Part shown: positions 36,479 to 50,283 of the stretch, piece by piece
Numbering within the stretch: the first letter of the stretch is position 1
Layout of the letters: each line of letters begins with the position of its first letter
NCBI GenBank assembly: GCA_038087875.1
Contig: CM075988.1
Coordinates: 13,270,001 to 13,330,000 of the forward strand
Reading direction: 5' to 3'
From: Malacoraja senta
Taxonomy: Eukaryota
DNA length: 60,000 nucleotides
Made by a program: the position numbers and the translations under genes
Notes under the pieces: generated by a model
What the model saw: the letters and a program-made list of their open reading frames with translations, nothing else
The model's database searches: none
Told to the model about the DNA's origin: nothing

Positions 36479-38345
36479 GGCATATAACTGTGCCATTGCT
36501 ACTGCAAATTAGTCTTCAACAAATTTGAGTAAAGGCATGTCTTCAACACGGGGTCTCTTGTGTCTCGTAGATTCCCCTGTATTCACCATTAGATTTCTAG
36601 ATGGCCACCTTATAACGATAGCTCTGAGATAACCTAATAGTCTGGGATAACTGGCCAGCCATGGGTGTAATATTTTGCTGTTCCCTCTGCTCCATTCTGC
36701 ATTTCATCAAAATTAGCCGCCAGATTCAGTTATCATTTGAACTCCGAGTTGTTCACCTTGATTGGCTGCCAAAGAAGTCAATCTTGGCTAACTGCCTGAA
36801 GTTTTAATGGATTTGATTTAACACTACTCCATGGCCAATATTAGTTTTATTGATTTTTCTGTCAGCCAACACATTTCTAACAGTTTAATATAGATCCGTA
36901 TTTGGAAATCACCTGTTCATTTCAATTGTCCTGTTCTTCAGCAGCCAGATAAAAATTGACTCTTTTAACAGTGCCACTCAATTAGCCCCTTGAACTCACC
37001 TACAAACTGATTAAAGCCCGTAGAGCTGCTCGATTTGACCTCTGCTTTCTAGTTTTCTATCATCTCTTAATTGCTGCCATGCTGTGGCATTCTGCACCTT
37101 GTTCCAAATTTGTTTTGTCGCCATGTTTGGTCTTTCTTCTAATCTTTATTTTGGAACAGTTCAAGTATGCTAATTGACACCGGTTTCAGTCTGAACAGCA
37201 AGGAGTCTTGAGTTAAGAGGTAGCGTGACTTTTTTAAAAACTAAAAACTCCCTCGACGGTTCTATTGTGTTGGAACAAACGCGAGAAACATTTCTCGTAA
37301 AAGCTGAGACAGAAATTGCATTTAGCCGAATATTGAATGCTTTCTATCATATTCCTGCTGGTGTAGCATGTTGATCAGTAAGAAAGGGGCATGGGAAGTG
37401 TACTTTAAACCATTTAATTCTTTGAGAAGTTTACAGAGGGAGAAGTCAATGTTGAGCATAAAACCTTAGCCTGAGCCTAAAATCCCAGTTAAACAAATTT
37501 GAGAGGTTATGACAGCAATGCAGAGACGTTGTTTTGGTCAGGTTTTGCCAAGATCATGTTTGGAGTGACTGAAGAAAACAGAGTGTTAATGAAAACATTA
37601 AAACACACCACAAGGATCGGGTAAGGCAATCACGGATTTACTTTATATAAGAGCCCCTAATACATGGCTGTTGGGAACAATCAATCTAGACAGTTCCACA
37701 ATCAAAGATTCTTGTGATTTTTTTATACAGTTTTTTCTCTTTGTTATTTGAACACACTTAGTAACCCATAACAGATTTCACACAGGCTCTCCAGCATACC
37801 TCAGTTATCAGAATACTCCGGCAACAGGTGTAAATCAGGCACCTCCGACAGACACAATAGCATGCTCAAGATTTCTTCAAAACCAACTCCCCTAGCAGCT
37901 AAACAGATGTTCAGTTATCTTTTGACCTCATTCTCCCCTCCGCCTTTTACAATTTTATTCTTTTACACAGCGCCTGCATTTGGAGTGGATAGAGGAAAGA
38001 AGAAATTGCAGAATGAGAATAGTATAAATTGTTGCCAAGAAATTAGAAATAATGGCACAAGATTGCAAAGAACTTGCTGGGAGGCATTTAAATCTTGAAG
38101 GTGAGGAACACAAATCCTGTAGCTTCTGGAAGGATGGGATGAGACGTTGTTCAAGGAGTGACTCAGGTCCGAGTTCAGACTGGATTGGCATCTGAGGAAA
38201 GAGGATTATGAGGAGTGTATTAAAAAAAAAACAACATGGTGAAGAAATGGGTTAGAGTTCGCAACCCTGTGGGCTCTTGTCAACTTAAGCTTTGTTGGTA
38301 CCAATTCAAGTTTCACATGAAGCTGAGTTTTATTAGATGCTAAAA

Positions 38346-38612
38346 TCAAGGAACTGCAGATGCTAGTTTATACAAAAGGGCACAAAGTGCTGGAGTGAAT
38401 GATGGAAATCAAGACCTCATGAGCCAGATGCTGAAACAACTGGATTTATTTATTTACGAATAGCTGGACTATGGATTATTGGAGTATTACAGTATACCTT
38501 AGAGGAACTTAATAAAACTCAGAAGGACACAAAGTGCTGAGTAACTCAGTGAGTCAGGGAGCATCTCCGGAGAAGATGAATAGATGATTTTTGGGGTCGG
38601 GACCCTTTCAGT
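38346..38612 (-). mobile_element. Two Penelope-like terminal fragments
   Basis: CAAGGAACTGCAGATGCT...AAAGTGCTGGAGT and GGACACAAAGTGCTGAGTAACTCAG...GGACCCTTTCAG. Confidence 0.75.
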
Positions 38613-39630
38613 AATCTGTTGGCTGATTTAGGGGTGTTCAGAGAAATTACTTAACGTAAAAAGATTTTATTTAGAAGCAGTCCTTTGAAAATATGTAACC
38701 AAATTGATTTCCAGTTGATCATTAAACTAATGGAAAGGGTGGCATTTTCTCCTAAGTCCATCCAGTGGAGAAATCAGGCTTCTTCAGGCAAGAAAGCTGT
38801 TTACTTGCAGTACCAATTGAACACTGTGAATGGCGCTATTTGTTCTCCAAAACACAAATAACGTTTACAAATAATCTGGTAAAACATACGAGTTTAAATG
38901 GGACAGAAATTCACCGAAATCTTAAAACCAAGGGCACACATGCTTTTGAGGAGTAACCCAATCTTTTCAAGTGTACAACTAACTAAACCACAGACCACAC
39001 TGGAAAGAATTACTATATTAAAAACATTATTTCTCAATTCTAAAGCTATAAATCTCCTTCCCCTCCCCTATGTACACCTTTTGTTCTTCTCATAATCCAT
39101 GAAATATCTTCTTTCCACATACAATCTTCATCACCTCCACTTCCCCACCCAATCAATCCCACAATCTATTGCCCTCCAATCTTGCAACCTCCCTCTACTC
39201 CCCCATCCTCCCCATCTCCAACAGTCTCCTTATTACGAAACGATTCGATACGATAGAACTTTAGATATCCCAGGAGGGAAATTGGTATCTCCGTTCAACA
39301 GTCTAAAATGAAGGTTGCATTGGAGTATATGAAGTTTGAAAGCCAAAGGAGGAAATGATTAAGGGAGATGCTTTCAATCCGTCTGGTTTTAAATTTAAAG
39401 TGAACAATTATATATCTGTCATAAAAAGTACATTTTGTTGCCCAGTGAATTAAAGACTAATTTGTGTGTGTTTATAGATGGTAACTATTAATGTTGGCCT
39501 TGAGAAGTTAAGACTCTCACCTTTCAGTGAATTTTTGGCTAAGGTTAATGAGAATGAGTGAGATCAGGGCAAATTAAAATCTATTTTGCTAAATAAAATT
39601 CAGATCACAGAGCTAAACGTAATTATGCAT

Positions 39631-39635
<5 letters not shown>

Positions 39636-39661
<26 letters not shown>
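39636..39661. repeat. (TA)13 microsatellite
   Basis: Direct. Confidence 0.95.
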
Positions 39662-40571
39662 GCAGCCTCAATTAGGCATTGTTGTAATACAACAAACAAT
39701 TGCAATTCAGCTTCAGTGAGCTTGTAATCAGAAAGTCCAGGTAAAGTGCATGGGGCTCTATAGGGTTTGATTGAAAAGTCTGAATTTATATGTGCAATAA
39801 TTACTGGCTGTTGGCCTCTGATTATCACTGAAGTGGTAATTTATGCTTTGCCCAGGCAATTGCAGTTATGACAGAGGGTTGAGTTTGGTCTGAGAGCAAA
39901 TATCAAGCCAATTATAAATTAACAACAGGTTACAGTGACAAATAGGAGTAAATTACAGTTAATGTGGGCATAATTGTTAAGTATTATATACATACTATTC
40001 ACAGGAAATTAAACAGGCTACCAAAGGGCACTAAAATTGGAAGCCCAATTACAGTCATGGGAGAGGAATAGGCATCAATTTTCCACTCAACGCCTGGAGT
40101 TGTATTGTAGTGCATCATATTCAAAATCAGTACGACAGACAAAGCAAGAGGGGAACTCATTTCCATTAGATAATACGACTGATGTAGAAGAAAACATTTG
40201 GGAACAACACCGTTGATAAAAGGAGAAATAATTTGCAGGAGTCTAGAACAGCGAACTTCAGATGTTGCATTTATTCAGCTCATGAGATGATAATATATTT
40301 TAAATGTTGTTTAAAATATTCCCCTCATAACTCAGAACAAGCACACTACACATCCTTGTTCTACATGTACACAATGCCTACATTCTTCTCTACAACACTC
40401 ACCCAACGGCATAATTTCATAATATAACTGTGTTATTGTATACTTAAAACTAGTGACATTTTAATATAATGTCATCATTTATATTTAGGTTGCCATAAGA
40501 ATCTGTTAAATATAAACCAGCAACTTGAATTTAAGGTTGTGGATGAATCGTGCCAATATAAGATAAGGTTA

Positions 40572-40774
40572 AAGAAGGAACTGCAGATGCTGGAAAATCG
40601 AAGGTAGACACAAGTGCTGGAGAAACTCAACGGGTGAGGCAGCATCTATGGAGCGAAGGAAATAGACAACGTTTCGGGCCAAAACCCTTCTTTTCGGCCC
40701 GAAAACGTTGCCTATTTTCTTCGCTCCATAGATGCTGCCTCACCCGCTGAGTTTCTCCTGCACATTTGTCTACC
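40572..40774. mobile_element. Fold-back Penelope-like short element (second subfamily)
   Basis: Near-perfect about 85-bp inverted arms; perfect 13-bp TSD TAAGATAAGGTTA (40559-40571, 40775-40787). Confidence 0.92.
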
Positions 40775-41061
40775 TAAGATAAGGTTAGTTGATTTCTAGT
40801 TTGCTTTACACCAAGGCTTCTGCCAGAGTGGTATTCAGAACTTTACAGGTAAAGTTTCATTTCTGTGTATTCACTGACAGCAAGGAACCCTGATCTCTAT
40901 TGGCTTGACATCTCTCAGAAATCATGTTGCCTTTGTCATTAAAATCAAGCTCAATGATCATTCATCCCCCTGTATGTGACAATCAAATCAATTTCAGCCA
41001 ACCCCCCTTGACTTAGCCATACTGTATTACATATCGCAGAGAACAAGTATAATCTGTGTAT

Positions 41062-41186
41062 GAAGGAACTGCATATGCTGGTTTAAACCGAAGAAACACA
41101 CAAAAAGCTGGAGTAACTCAGCAGGACAGGCAGCATCTCTAGAGAGAAGGATGGGTGATGTTTCGGGGTGAGACCCTCCTTCAGAC
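41062..41186 (-). mobile_element. Monomeric Penelope-like short element
   Basis: Perfect 12-bp TSD TAATCTGTGTAT (41050-41061, 41187-41198); 5' end lies just upstream of the CTGA core. Confidence 0.9.
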
Positions 41187-43244
41187 TAATCTGTGTATCT
41201 TCGTTCTTCATGATAAAATGCTGACATCCTTTTCTCCAAACCTCACTTCCCACAACATAATTTCATGATTTGTCTTTAATCTCAAAAAGCCACCTCTGCA
41301 ATTTACTTCCCCATCCTCTCACCTCCCATTTAGTCCAAAGCTCCTGCTCAATAGATCATGATCTGTTGTCAATGAACTAGCACCTTTTTAAAGTCATCAA
41401 CGAATTTCTAGGACACTTTTGTTTCTGTTTTGTGAGAACTGCAGTCTTAAATCGGATGGGTTTAATTCAACATAATTATCCACTGGTCTATTTCAAATGC
41501 AAATGGAGATGTTTATAAGAGTTAATCTCTTTAGGTCAATCATTCATTACTTTACATGTTTAATATCTGTCTGTAATACAGATTACAAATGTACATTGAC
41601 ATACAGTACATCGTTACAGTTGTACAGCAAATTTTAATTCATAAATCCTGCACATCAAATTGAGTTCACTCCTCCTTAACATCATTGCAATGGGTTAGGA
41701 ATAAATGTCTCACTAAATTCTCTTCTGCAGCATAAATGGCAGCCACATGTGTGATCAATAAAACCCTTTAGTATCTATTCAAGCAGTCTGCTCTTTATAC
41801 TATTCCTGATGAAATAACTCACCTGGAGATGTTAGCTGACAAATAAAAGAGTTTGCTGGTTTCCGAAGCAATTAATGGAAAGCTGGCTAGACCGAGGATT
41901 TTATCAGCTGCTGCAATCCAGTAATGGGTAGGCTTTTACCTTTGTAAAATGGCTCCAAGAAGCAAGCACAAGGGGGCAACCACTTGCACCTGCCTTCCCT
42001 CTAGCTGCCAGCTTTAATTGGATGCCCCATTGTTCAGGGACCCCCGGCAGCATGTTAGTGGCTTCAGGGACTAATGTAAATGCCTTTTCAACTAACTTCT
42101 ATTGAAATGTGTTCTGTGCAGGAAAAGATTTTTCTCCCCGGTTTAGATGATCCAATATGATGTAACGTTTTTACTTGGAATCAAATTTGAACAAAACAAT
42201 TTCTCTATAACAAAAAGGTGATTATACATTATAGAAAACAAATTATATGCTCTTTAGCAATTTACCACTGTTACAGATTATTATTATCAATTTATCTTCC
42301 CTCCCTGTTGAAGTCACTTAAGTACATTTTTTGGTTGTATTCTATACCCATGAGGCAGAATGTGATAGCAGCTTACAACATGGTACAGACTAAAACAATT
42401 ACAGGAAGACAGAAAACGGAAAGAATCAGAAGAGGAAGAAGTGGTAAGTCATCCTCTGTTTTGTCATTTCTACCTGCAATCAACCATGAAAATGGGGAAA
42501 TCAGTCTGTCAACTTCTGAATCAGTAATAGTCACTCAACATGGCTGCCCACTGCATCACTTGAGTATAAATCAAAGCCTAATTGTTCTTTGGGCCATTCT
42601 GTTGGATTCATAATGGTTACAAGGTATGATATGATATAAAACTATTGAAAAATGAAATTGATGTTTTATCTGCAAAGTAAAACAGATCCTTAAATTGAGA
42701 TGCTAAACTGTTTTATCATGGTCGCTTTTTAATCAATTAAGCTCCAGTGGAAACATCTCATCTCCATCTCTTCCTGAGGCATTCATTGGGTAAATATCCA
42801 TGAAAATGGATAGTACAGAAAGGCAGGAAAAAAACACAATCCAGACCAATTCCAATCCCCACTTCTTAGCCTATTGCCTAGAGCACCAAGAGTAAATCCA
42901 AGTACTTTTTAAATGGGATGAAGATTTCTGCCTCCATTATGCAATGAGTTCCCAACTTTCCATACTCAATCACTATTACTTTTCTTCACTGGAAATTTAC
43001 ACCAAAGATGTCTGATGGCCGGGTGATACAAGAGCATCGTTTTGGGTAAAAAATGTCTTCATTGTTGCAGAAGGTCACCTTGGAGATACTCACATTGGAT
43101 CCCATGCACAACAGGCAGAGTTGGATTCTATTACTGTGGGCTTTTAATTTACTGACCAAAGCATGGTCAGCAGAAATGAGAACACTCAGCAAGATCAATT
43201 ACAAGCTTTTTTTAAAGTGCTAAACAAATTGTAATACAATAGAG

Positions 43245-43582
43245 GTAACTTATAGAGGTGTATAAAAAAAATTCCCCCAAGTTTGGGGAATCAAGAACTA
43301 AAGTGCATAGGTTTAAGGCAAGAAGAGAAAAATCTAATAAGAACCAGAGGTGCATTTTTCCAAATGGAGGGTGGTATGTATACTGAACAAGCTGCCAGAG
43401 GAGGTGATTGAGGAAGGTACAATAACAACGTTTCAAATACATTTGTCAGGAATATAGATGGGGAAGATTCAGAAGGATGTAGGTCAAACATAGGCAAATA
43501 GAATAGCATAGGTGGGGCAATGTAGTTAACATGGACAAGTTGGGCTGAAGGGCCTGTTTCCATGCAATATGACTGTATGACA
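43245..43582 (+). mobile_element. CR1 3' fragment
   Basis: ACTTATAGAGGTGTATAAAA...GCTGCCAGAGGAGGTG...GGGCTGAAGGGCCTGTTTCCATGC. Confidence 0.85.
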
Positions 43583-43991
43583 ATGGTTTGTGAGCTCGGT
43601 GGAGAAGTGGAAAGATCAATAAACTGTCTGCTACAAATACCAAAGCATTTTATGCACCAGAGTCTTTCCCATTATAGTTTCATCATTCGTTTGATGTAGA
43701 TTGTGAGGATACTGCGGTATTCTAGAATGGTTTGAGCTTATACATTAACATTCATTTGGTAGTAATGATGGGCACCATGGGTTACAATCTGTGATATCTC
43801 GAGCAATCGATGCTGAGTCATTGCATCTAAATCAGCAGCATTTGCTTAAACTTTGCAATACAAATACACTGGTATCTTGCTGATGACTACATCCACGTTT
43901 GTTACAAACAAAAAGATAACTGGGCTGAGATGAGCTGTGCAGTCGAATAAGGGGAGGAGTGGCCACAACTCTCATCACATCCAACCGGTGA

Positions 43992-44015
43992 TGAGAGAGA
44001 GAGAGAGAGAGAGAG
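43992..44015. repeat. (GA)n microsatellite
   Basis: Direct. Confidence 0.9.
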
Positions 44016-44456
44016 GGGTCCATCAACAATGGACCAGTCAGGGCAGCCACTCACCCGAACCAGCAGGGGGCAGCCCAGAGCCACAAACATATGTGCAATA
44101 TGGCCACACATCTCAGCCCAGCCTGTCCATCACCAGTCCTCAAATCAACCCTCTCCACACCAAGTCGCGGGGCAATTAATTGCTGTAGAAGTGCTAGTGA
44201 GGGCAGGGATTTACACCTGATTCCTGGCACCTGGATTCCCAACCCAGTTGCACCCACTCTGAGTGGAGGTCTTTAAAAAAATATATATATATATACCTGT
44301 GAATGTTCAGACTGGGGAACTAGGGTGTGTAACAACTCAGGTGTATTTCAGCCTTTGCAATATTACATTAAATTTAACATCTTCAGATTAAGCTTTTGCT
44401 TTTGGACCCTTGTTTCTTGTTCCACGATATTACATATTTTTCTCGCACCAACATTC

Positions 44457-44727
44457 TTGTTGATGATACAAAAGTGGGTGGGTTTGCAGATAGTGAAGAT
44501 GGTTGTGAAAAATTGCAGCAGGATCTTGATTGATTGGCCAGGTGGGCTGAGGAATGGTTAATGGAATTTAATACACAGGTAGTTAATTAGACAGGTACAT
44601 GGATAGGACAGGTTTAGAGGGATATGGACCAAACGCGGGCAGGTGGGACTATTGTAGCTGGGACATGTTGGCCCGTGTGGGCAAGTTGGGCCGAAGGGCC
44701 TGTTTCCACGCTCAATGGCTCTATGAT
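44457..44727 (+). mobile_element. CR1 with large internal deletion (RT FADD-region piece joined to 3' tail)
   Basis: GATGATACAAAAGTGGGTGG (DDTKVGG)...GAATTTAATACA then GACAGGTACATGGATAGG...GGGCCTGTTTCCACGCT. Confidence 0.85.
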
Positions 44728-45841
44728 GTTTAATATTTCCTGCTCTCCATCTAAATGTAGACACTATTCCATTCATCTCTCTCTTCCATCTCTCTCCAAA
44801 GATGCTGTCTAACCTGCTGAGTGTTTCCTACCTCATTTCTATTCTTATTCGTACATTCATCTTTTTAAGAATTACTATTTACACAAAAGCCCATTTCTTT
44901 TGATATGTGGTTCATCACCCTATTAATCTCTGCTTACTCTGAGATGTAAATCTAACACCAGACCAAGGGCGTTAGATGAATGTGAACTCTAAATATTATT
45001 CTATTGATCTATTTTGTGGCCATTTTCTCTCAGTATGTTTAACAATCAGATATTAAATTCATGTCAGCCAAAAGAACCTTATTTTCAATTTATATCTTCA
45101 AAGTACAATCTTTCAAATGTGGTCATTTCCTGAGGCTCGACAACTTCAGATACCTCCAACACAGCGTTCTTGTTCAAACCCTGTCATGTGTCGTCGGTAG
45201 AATTAGTTACAAATAAAGGGATGGAGGAGTGTGAGGGAGAGAGTGCTGGGCGTTTGACTTCCACATGGATTTCCCATCAGTGGGGCCTGATCCCCACAGC
45301 AGGAAGCTTTGTTCCTCAGAGATTCTCTACTTGAATGCAGGCGGCAGGAGCATAGTTAGGCATAGCTGGGTGGCTTCAGTTCCACTGAGCAGTGCTGTGA
45401 GGGTTCTGTAAGATCAACGTGCCATTCAGTACATCGCTGGTGACCCAGAAGCTCCCCTTCTGTTCAACTACAGTGATAGTGTGATTGGATCAATAGGAAC
45501 CCTACCAGCTGCCTTTTTGTCACTTATATACTGATGAAGGGAACGGTGCAGTGGGTTGGAAAAGATAATACTTCTTTAATTCATTTATACAAAGAAACTC
45601 AACAATAACATCTCAGTACTTCAATCGATTTCTTCGGTTGGTCTCCCATTTAAGTACTATGAACTTTGATATACATTTAAATTTGAATAATTCTCTCTCC
45701 GGAGGTGAGGGACTTTTTTTTTAAGGATTTCCTTTAAAATATATTAAAGATAGAAACGTATGTTGAACAATATCCTAATTCACATCATTACTATCGATTT
45801 CCATTACTGTCACATAATATATTTTGAAACCGTTCTTTACA

Positions 45842-47205
45842 TAGATACATAGATATATAGAAAATAGGTGCAGGAGTAGGCCATTCGGCCCTTCGAGCCT
45901 GCACTGCCATTCAATATGATCATGGCTGATCATCCAACTCAGTATCCCGTACCTGCCTTCTCTCCATACCCCCTGATCCCTTTAGCCACAAGGGCCACAT
46001 CTAACTCCCTCTTAAATATAGCCAATGAACTGGCCTCAACTACCCTCTGTGGCAGAGAGTTCCAGAGATTCACCACTCTCTGTGTGAAAACGTTTTTTCT
46101 CATCTCGGTCTTAAAGGATTTCCCCCTTATCCTTAAGCTGTGATCCCTTGTCCTGGACTTCCCCAACATCGGGAACAATCTTCCTGCATCTAGCCTGTCC
46201 AACCCCATAAGAATTTTGTACGTTTCTATAAGATCCCCTCTCAATCTCCTAAATTCTAGCGAGTATAAGCCAAGTCTATCCAGTCTTTCTTCATATGAAA
46301 GTCCTGACATCCCAGGAATCAGTCTGGTGAACCTTCTCTGCACTCCCTCTATGGCTATAATGTCCTTCCTCAGATTTGGAGACCAAAACTGTACGCAATA
46401 CTCCAGGTGTGGTCTCACCAAGACCCTGTACAACTGCAGTAGAACCTCCCTGCTCCTATACTCAAATCCTTTTGCTATGAAAGCTAACATACCATTCGCT
46501 TTCTTCACTGCCTGCTGCACCTGCATGCCTACTTTCAATGACTGGTGTACCATGACACCCAGGTCTCGCTGCATCTCCCCTTTTCCTAATCGGCCACCAT
46601 TTAGATAATAGTCTGCTTTCCTGTTTTTGCCACCAAAGTGGATAACCTCACATTTATCCACATTATACTGCATCTGCCAAACATTTGCCCACTCACCCAG
46701 CCTATCCAAGTCACCTTGCAGTCTCCTAGCATCCTCCTCACAGCTAACACTGCCCCCCCAGCTTAGTGTCATCCGCAAACTTGGAGATGTTGCCTTCAAT
46801 TCCCTCATCCAGTTCATTAATATAAATTGTAAATAGCTGGGGTCCCAGCACTGAGCCTTGCGGTACCCCACTAGTCACTGCCTGCCATTGTGAAAAGGAC
46901 CCGTTTACTCCTACTCTTTGCTTCCTGTTTGCCAGCCAGTTCTCTATCCACATCAATACTGAACCCCCAATACCATGTGCTTTAAGTTTGTATACTAATC
47001 TCTTATGTGGGACCTTGTCGAAAGCCTTCTGAAAGTCCAGATACAACACATCCACTGGTTCACCCTATCCACTCTACTAGTTACATCCTCGAAAAATTCT
47101 ATAAGATTCGTCAGACATGATTTACCTTTCGTAAATCCATGCTGACTTTGTCCAATGATTTCACCACTTTCCAAATGTGCTGCTATCCCATCTTTAATAA
47201 CTGAC
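45842..47205 (-). mobile_element. Young CR1, 5'-truncated in RT; sister of 29533-32351
   Basis: About 97% identical by eye; 8-bp TSD TCTTTACA (45834-45841, 47206-47213); +1 C in a homopolymer (46753-46759) frameshifts ORF2. Confidence 0.97.
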
Positions 47206-47378
47206 TCTTTACACAGAAGCTTGTCATCAGAGTGCTTAAAAAGTCAAGCTTAGGTTTAAAAGACATGGATTCGAAACGTCCATGAAAAAAATTGAAAACA
47301 CGCTGATGAATTTGTGAGGTAGCACGAGATGTTTACAACACCTATGCACAAAACCTCAAATTTCTAATGAGTCAGAGC

Positions 47379-47888
47379 TAGGGTTGCCAACGTTCTCACT
47401 CCCAAATAAGGGACAAAAGGTCAATTTAGGGACAAATTCCCGACGGCAATTCGTTGACCGACTCGGCCATGGCTGGGTGAATGACGAGTTGGCCCAGTTG
47501 CTGGACTGCACACAAAGCCCAGCCGGCGGGCCAACTGAGGAGTTTTGGCCCAGGCCGCGCGACTTCGCGTACAAAGTCCGTCACCACATCCAACTCGTGA
47601 ACCGATGATCGGCCATGAGAAGGAGGGGTGGTGTTGTCAGCGGTAAGCGAAGATCCAAAGGTCGGACGGCTGACCGGGCTGCCGACTGACAGGGCCATGG
47701 GCGAGGCACTGCGGCTGCACTCCATGGGCTGCACTACATCGGGCGGGGCCAGACGCGGCGCTCCGACCCGACAGTCCCCTTGACCCGAGTAGTAGCAGTC
47801 AAATACGGGACAAGGGCGGGCCCGTATGGGACAAACCAATTTAGCCCAATATACGGGATGTCCCGGCTTATGACAGTTGGCAACCCAA
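47379..47888. mobile_element. 510-bp non-autonomous hAT transposon (Blackjack-like termini)
   Basis: TIR TAGGGTTGCCAAC / GTTGGCAACCCAA; perfect 8-bp TSD GTCAGAGC (47371-47378, 47889-47896); subterminal GGGACA repeats; CpG-rich core. Confidence 0.93.
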
Positions 47889-48175
47889 GTCAGAGCCCAT
47901 CACAGCTCACTACGTCAGGTTATTTTAATTTCAGATTTTTGATTAAAGACTCTTTTATCCTTCCCACCTGTGACAAAGGCCTGGTTGTGGAATAAATTGT
48001 CTCAGTTTAATTATCCAACATTTTTTTTCCAGTTCTTAGCTCGTTATTTTCTGAACTATGCAGTGTACCATTCTAGCAAGCATGCAAGCTTTTGCAAAAT
48101 AACACAGGCCTTAAATTTGCTGCATGGTGCTAGCATATACTGTAATTGTAGAATGACATTGAGGTGCAGCCTACT

Positions 48176-48390
48176 GTTTAGTTTAGTTTATTATTGTCAA
48201 GTGTACCGAGGTACAGTGAAAAACTTTTTTACTGGACTTTATCTTGCACTAAACTTTATTTCCTTATCCTGTATCTGGAATCTGTATCTACATTGTAATC
48301 ATGTGTAGTCTTTCCGCTGACTGGATAGCATGCATCAAAAAAAGCTTTTCACTGTAGCTCAGTACATGTGACAATATAAACTAAACTAAA
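48176..48390. mobile_element. Fold-back pair of Rex/L2-like 3' tails
   Basis: 48176-48230 is the approximate reverse complement of 48337-48390; both end in (CTAAA)n facing outward. Confidence 0.75.
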
Positions 48391-49620
48391 TTGTTTGCAA
48401 CTGGACATTAGGTATTCTGTTGGGATCTTTCTGTTGCTTGCTATCTTGCCAATGTTTCAAGCCACATTTAATATTAAAAGTTCATTGCAGATTTGCAATT
48501 GTAGACATTATAACATGAGAATAATGTTTAGCATCTGCTTATCACAGTGAAATACATTTAATATTGCATTCCTTCGGATCTGTTTATTAGAAAATTGCTG
48601 CAACATGCAGATGGCATCTGAGGGTTCAATAAAGTAACACTCTTATGGTAAATTGGAATAACTTTAACTTAACTCACTGGAAAATGACCCCTTAAGTTCT
48701 GATGGAGCATCGATTTTACACACCTCCTTACTGCTGTAAACATGGTGTCACTCCTGATCTCTTGTTTCCCAATGGAATATTAGATTAAGATTATCCTCTT
48801 ATTATCACTACAACAATATGTTTAAATAAAATCAAATGAATGGAAAATGAACTATTGCAACTTTTTAAGACTGAACATAGGTGTTTTCACTACAATCAAA
48901 CTTAACTGATTGGGCTAAGTAGTATTGAGCTCCATCTCATAGAACAAAAACCCAAGGTATTCCCGCTGGATTGGATTGCTCACTTACTGCTCTGAGAACA
49001 TTTCCCCCTCACTGCCTAAGCAGATGAGACTCAAAGCTGTCATTTTTCTTGTTCACTTAGGAGCAGAAAATTAACAGCAAGAACTCAATTAAGCAACTTG
49101 CAAGTTGAGCCTAGCCTGGTGTGGAGACATGTCAACCATTCACTTGCATTGTAGAGCTTGCCATAAACAGCACCTGTGTAAGAGTAATGGATTTTGATTA
49201 CTGCATGTCTTATGTGTTTAACCATATGAGTCACTGAATATCAAACTCAGCTGCTTTCCTGCTCACTAAACATGCAGTAGTGTTAATCATATCTGTAATC
49301 TTGATATTTTTGTGTGAGGGATAGGGGAGAGATTTAAGTCCTTGCCACATTGGGGTTTTGCTGGGGTTTGGATGCCACGTCTTTCTCATGAAACATTGCC
49401 GCTGTGCTGCTTAAATTGGCCGTGTAGATTCGTAAAGGAACTCACACTTTCAAAGGAAAAATTAGTGATGAGAATTTCTGCCTTTTTGAAAGTATCTAAT
49501 TTTATAAATAATTCAATAACTGTGACTAAGAGATGCTGCTACATTGAATGATTACAGTTTAGTTAATATTGTATGATCCAGGGCATAGCTCTCCCATAAT
49601 TTCTTCCAACGATCCAGATG

Positions 49621-49670
49621 TTTGTGTCTATCTTCTTTTTAAACCAGCATCTGCAGTTCCTTCCTACACA
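49621..49670 (+). mobile_element. Penelope-like extreme 3' fragment
   Basis: TTTGTGTCTATCTTC...AAACCAGCATCTGCAGTTCCTTCCTACACA. Confidence 0.8.
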
Positions 49671-50283
49671 TGGAAGGTGACCCCTGCTTCTCTATATAAA
49701 TACAAAATGAGAGGCAGATACATTGTTAATACATTTGTCAAGACGTCTCCATTTTGTAGTTCTATGAATAGGCTTCCCTTAGGGAATTATATTAATGATT
49801 TTAAAAGTCAGGGCAACGAGAAAATCCCATTCTTTCCAGTGAGTTGTTAAAGTGATTCCAATGAGATTCCCAGGACAATAATCTCTCATAGATAGCCCGT
49901 GTGGAGGAACAATTTGAACCAAATAAGTTGTCCTATAATCATGCTGAGAACAATCATTTATAAAACCTAATCAAATCTTGAAGTGCGGGTATTTATTATG
50001 ACGCAATGGTAAATTAAATGCTCATTTTTTCATCTGCCTGTCTTCAGGCATATAATGCACATAGTGAACACAATCTATATTACTAAAAGTCTGATCTTGA
50101 CCGCTTTTGGCTCGCTATGGTGTGATTTCCGAGAGAACGCCGCCACCTACGGCTGTCATTTTTGGCCACCTTGCTCAGAGCCCCCCTCCGCCTTCCTGGA
50201 CCAGAGGATTTTTCCCATCGATGAAAAATCAGAGAGATATTAATGTTTTTCAATAATTTGCCATTCTCTCTGCTGCCCCTGCT

